A stretch of 64,000 bases of DNA from Candidatus Borrarchaeum weybense (GTDB lineage: Archaea > Asgardarchaeota > Sifarchaeia > Borrarchaeales > Borrarchaeaceae): the NCBI GenBank assembly GCA_019057385.1, contig JAHQJS010000007.1, positions 352,001 to 416,000 on the forward strand, written 5' to 3'. The position numbers were made by a program, and so were the translations under genes. Below are positions 62,076-64,000 of the stretch, in pieces (within the stretch, counting starts at the first letter, position 1; each line of letters begins with the position of its first letter). The notes beneath the pieces are model-generated. The model was not told where the DNA came from, did not search any database, and saw nothing but the letters and a program-made list of their open reading frames with translations.

Positions 62076-62447
62076 ATGATGCCATTTCAAGAAATGATGG
62101 AACAGATGAAAAAACAAATCCGTGAAGGCATCAAACTAAAACGTCCTTCTCCTAATTCCATACAAATGTCAATTGATAAAAACATTGTGGATGAGAATAC
62201 AAGCTCTCAAATTCTGAATCTTGATGAGATGAAGAAAAACATAGGTGAAATCACAGGCAACCCTGAAGATTTGATTTCATTTGAAGCAGGCGATGATAAT
62301 ATTAAACTAGGTTTCAGTGGAGAGGAACCAGCTAATAAAGTGTTTCAGTTTCTAAACGAATTTCTTTACGGGGATATGTTAGATAAACTTATGAAGCCAT
62401 TTCTTGAAATGATGGAGCAGATGAAAAAGAGTTTTGGCGCTGAGTAA
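62076..62447 (+). CDS. hypothetical protein with terminally repeated PF.EMMEQMKK helix; original first 6 codons displaced to 61652-61669
   Basis: ATG directly after the element, with GAGGT inside the element end; the track start at 62007 lies inside the element. Confidence 0.75.
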   Translation: MMPFQEMMEQMKKQIREGIKLKRPSPNSIQMSIDKNIVDENTSSQILNLDEMKKNIGEITGNPEDLISFEAGDDNIKLGFSGEEPANKVFQFLNEFLYGDMLDKLMKPFLEMMEQMKKSFGAE

Positions 62448-62715
62448 TTCAATTAATAAGGTTAACAAGAAACTAACGATAAGTTATAGCCCATTTAATC
62501 TCTCTTTTTTTATCTTTAGTTTTCTATAATGTTCTTACTTACTTTATTCCAAAATAGTTGATTCTTATCGAAATTTTCAAACTGAAATCTCTTATAAAGA
62601 GATGTAACAGAAAAAAGATTTATAAATTTCACTTCAATGATTTTCAAAATAGTTTGTATTTAATTTACAAACTTCATTCTACCGAAAGAAGGTCCTGAAA
62701 AAGGATGAGTACCTT

Positions 62716-62838
62716 ATGGTGTCTGTTGGACCATTGGATTTAGGAATTAGCATTGGAATCATTATCGCTATTTATTTACTTCTTTTAAAGCGAAATGCAG
62801 ATTCTCTTGAACGTTTTATGTCCAAATTATATCTTTAG
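62716..62838 (+). CDS. possible 40-aa single-TM microprotein
   Basis: MVSVGPLDLGISIGIIIAIYLLLLKR...; weak SD; overlaps the convergent MTase stop. Confidence 0.35.
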   Translation: MVSVGPLDLGISIGIIIAIYLLLLKRNADSLERFMSKLYL

Positions 62839-64000
62839 AAATCTTATTAATCGCGTCATCAATTTTATCAATGTTTTTCAGCAGCCGTTCTTTAGTAGGT
62901 TTTCTCCCTCTAATAGAAGTTCCCTGTGAATGCTTTAGTTTTTCCCTAAATTGCATCATCTGTTGTGTGACAGTTTCGGCTATAAAAACATCGCTCTCTG
63001 GGGTAACATTGATATTCTCAATTTTTTGCAATATAAGTATGAACTCATCGTCGATTTTTCCAATATCTGCGCTAGTATATTTTTTTGTTTTATCAATTGT
63101 TCTAAAAATCGTTTTTATTGTCTTGAAACCTATATCCTTAGACATTTCTGCAAAAAATTTATGACTTTCAATCAACTCGTATTCTAAGCTGGAATTCCCA
63201 ACGACAATAACGCAGAACTTGTTTTGTTTTAAAATCCGATTCATTTCTATCATGGAGCGGAGCATGGCTCCTAAATACTCGGAAAACAATCTAAATCTAT
63301 TATTAATAAAACGCGAATGTGCTCCTATTTCATGTTTTTTGAAGGCATTAAAATCCATATCTAACCAGAACATGTTATACATGTGTACTCGATAGTAATC
63401 TAGTGCGTTTACGTAAGGGGGAGAAGTAACTATCAAATCTATGGATTCAGATTCAACTTCTAGCTTTCTTGCATCACTATTCAAGACTAATACATTGGGT
63501 ATATTTTTCATAACTTTGGCAGTTTTCTTTAGTTCATTTTCCATATGAGCCACTTTTCTTAGAAATAAATCCTTCACATCAACGATTCCATGTTCTACTA
63601 ATGACCAAATGGTTGCAGATAAAGCTACTTGTCCGAGATCATATATATCAACAAATCCTTCTGCTCTAATCTCCAATAAAGTCTCCCGAATTGCTTCCAA
63701 TTGTGAAATGATCTTTCTATCGAAAAGTTTGCTAATCTTTCTGCGGGGCATGTTTCTTAATCTTTCATCAATTTGACTGTTATCTACATCCAATTTACTC
63801 TTTATGCTCGCAAGTCTTTCATTTAAATACAATAGTTCTTCTTTATTGATTAATGTTGTTTTTACTTTAGTAATTAGTGCTGCTAGAGGGTTGAAGTCAT
63901 TTCCAATAGAATGCCGGTTGTTTAAGAACGCTTCAACGAGGGTCGTGCCACATCCACAAAAGGGATCTGCGATTGTTTCCTTTTTTTTCGAAAATAATTT
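62816..64000 (-). CDS. DNA methyltransferase (N4-C/N6-A type), 5' end outside the window
   Basis: Frame is open to 64000 and contains DPFCGCGTT (motif I) ahead of TSPPY (motif IV). Confidence 0.9.
   Translation of the reverse strand, partial: KLFSKKKETIADPFCGCGTTLVEAFLNNRHSIGNDFNPLAALITKVKTTLINKEELLYLNERLASIKSKLDVDNSQIDERLRNMPRRKISKLFDRKIISQLEAIRETLLEIRAEGFVDIYDLGQVALSATIWSLVEHGIVDVKDLFLRKVAHMENELKKTAKVMKNIPNVLVLNSDARKLEVESESIDLIVTSPPYVNALDYYRVHMYNMFWLDMDFNAFKKHEIGAHSRFINNRFRLFSEYLGAMLRSMIEMNRILKQNKFCVIVVGNSSLEYELIESHKFFAEMSKDIGFKTIKTIFRTIDKTKKYTSADIGKIDDEFILILQKIENINVTPESDVFIAETVTQQMMQFREKLKHSQGTSIRGRKPTKERLLKNIDKIDDAINKISKDIIWT

Noticed and set aside
1-64000. CRISPR array, rRNA, tRNA
   Set aside because: No regularly spaced direct repeats, rRNA-like tract or cloverleaf seen; the GC-rich islands are explained by IS200/IS605 RNAs
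62816-64000. Complete restriction-modification system
   Set aside because: Only a partial MTase is visible; no nuclease in the window

Overview
AT-rich archaeal chromosome segment, almost certainly from an Asgard archaeon; the class cannot be assigned from this window. Evidence: archaeal tfb-radA-tfb, five Rab-like small GTPases, several longin-like proteins, TPR proteins, and an adaptin/COP-appendage-like protein. Most of the window is ordinary accessory metabolism, detoxification and repair genes (peptidase, ABC exporter, arsC, arsM, mutY, alkD, RsmB/NOP2, Ski2-like helicase, a DNA methyltransferase cut by the window end). Two layers stand out. (1) A set of protein-free IS200/IS605 (OMEGA) derivatives, with no tnpA/tnpB/iscB ORF in the window: three TnpB-type omegaRNA-like loci, one IscB-type (HEARO) omegaRNA element and several ~47-bp fused-end minis. 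A TnpB-type and an IscB-type scaffold sit back-to-back around one shared 22-nt spacer. Another element sits between two synonymously recoded copies of the tatD N-terminus, so the gene stays intact and mismatches the element's own predicted guide. (2) A candidate pre-eukaryotic membrane signalling/trafficking module: a surface protein with a TM helix and a cytoplasmic longin-like domain, convergent on three tandem Rab-like GTPases that end in WW rather than a prenylation motif, with two longin paralogues nearby. No rRNA, tRNA or CRISPR array was seen. All family calls are by eye from motifs; no search was run.
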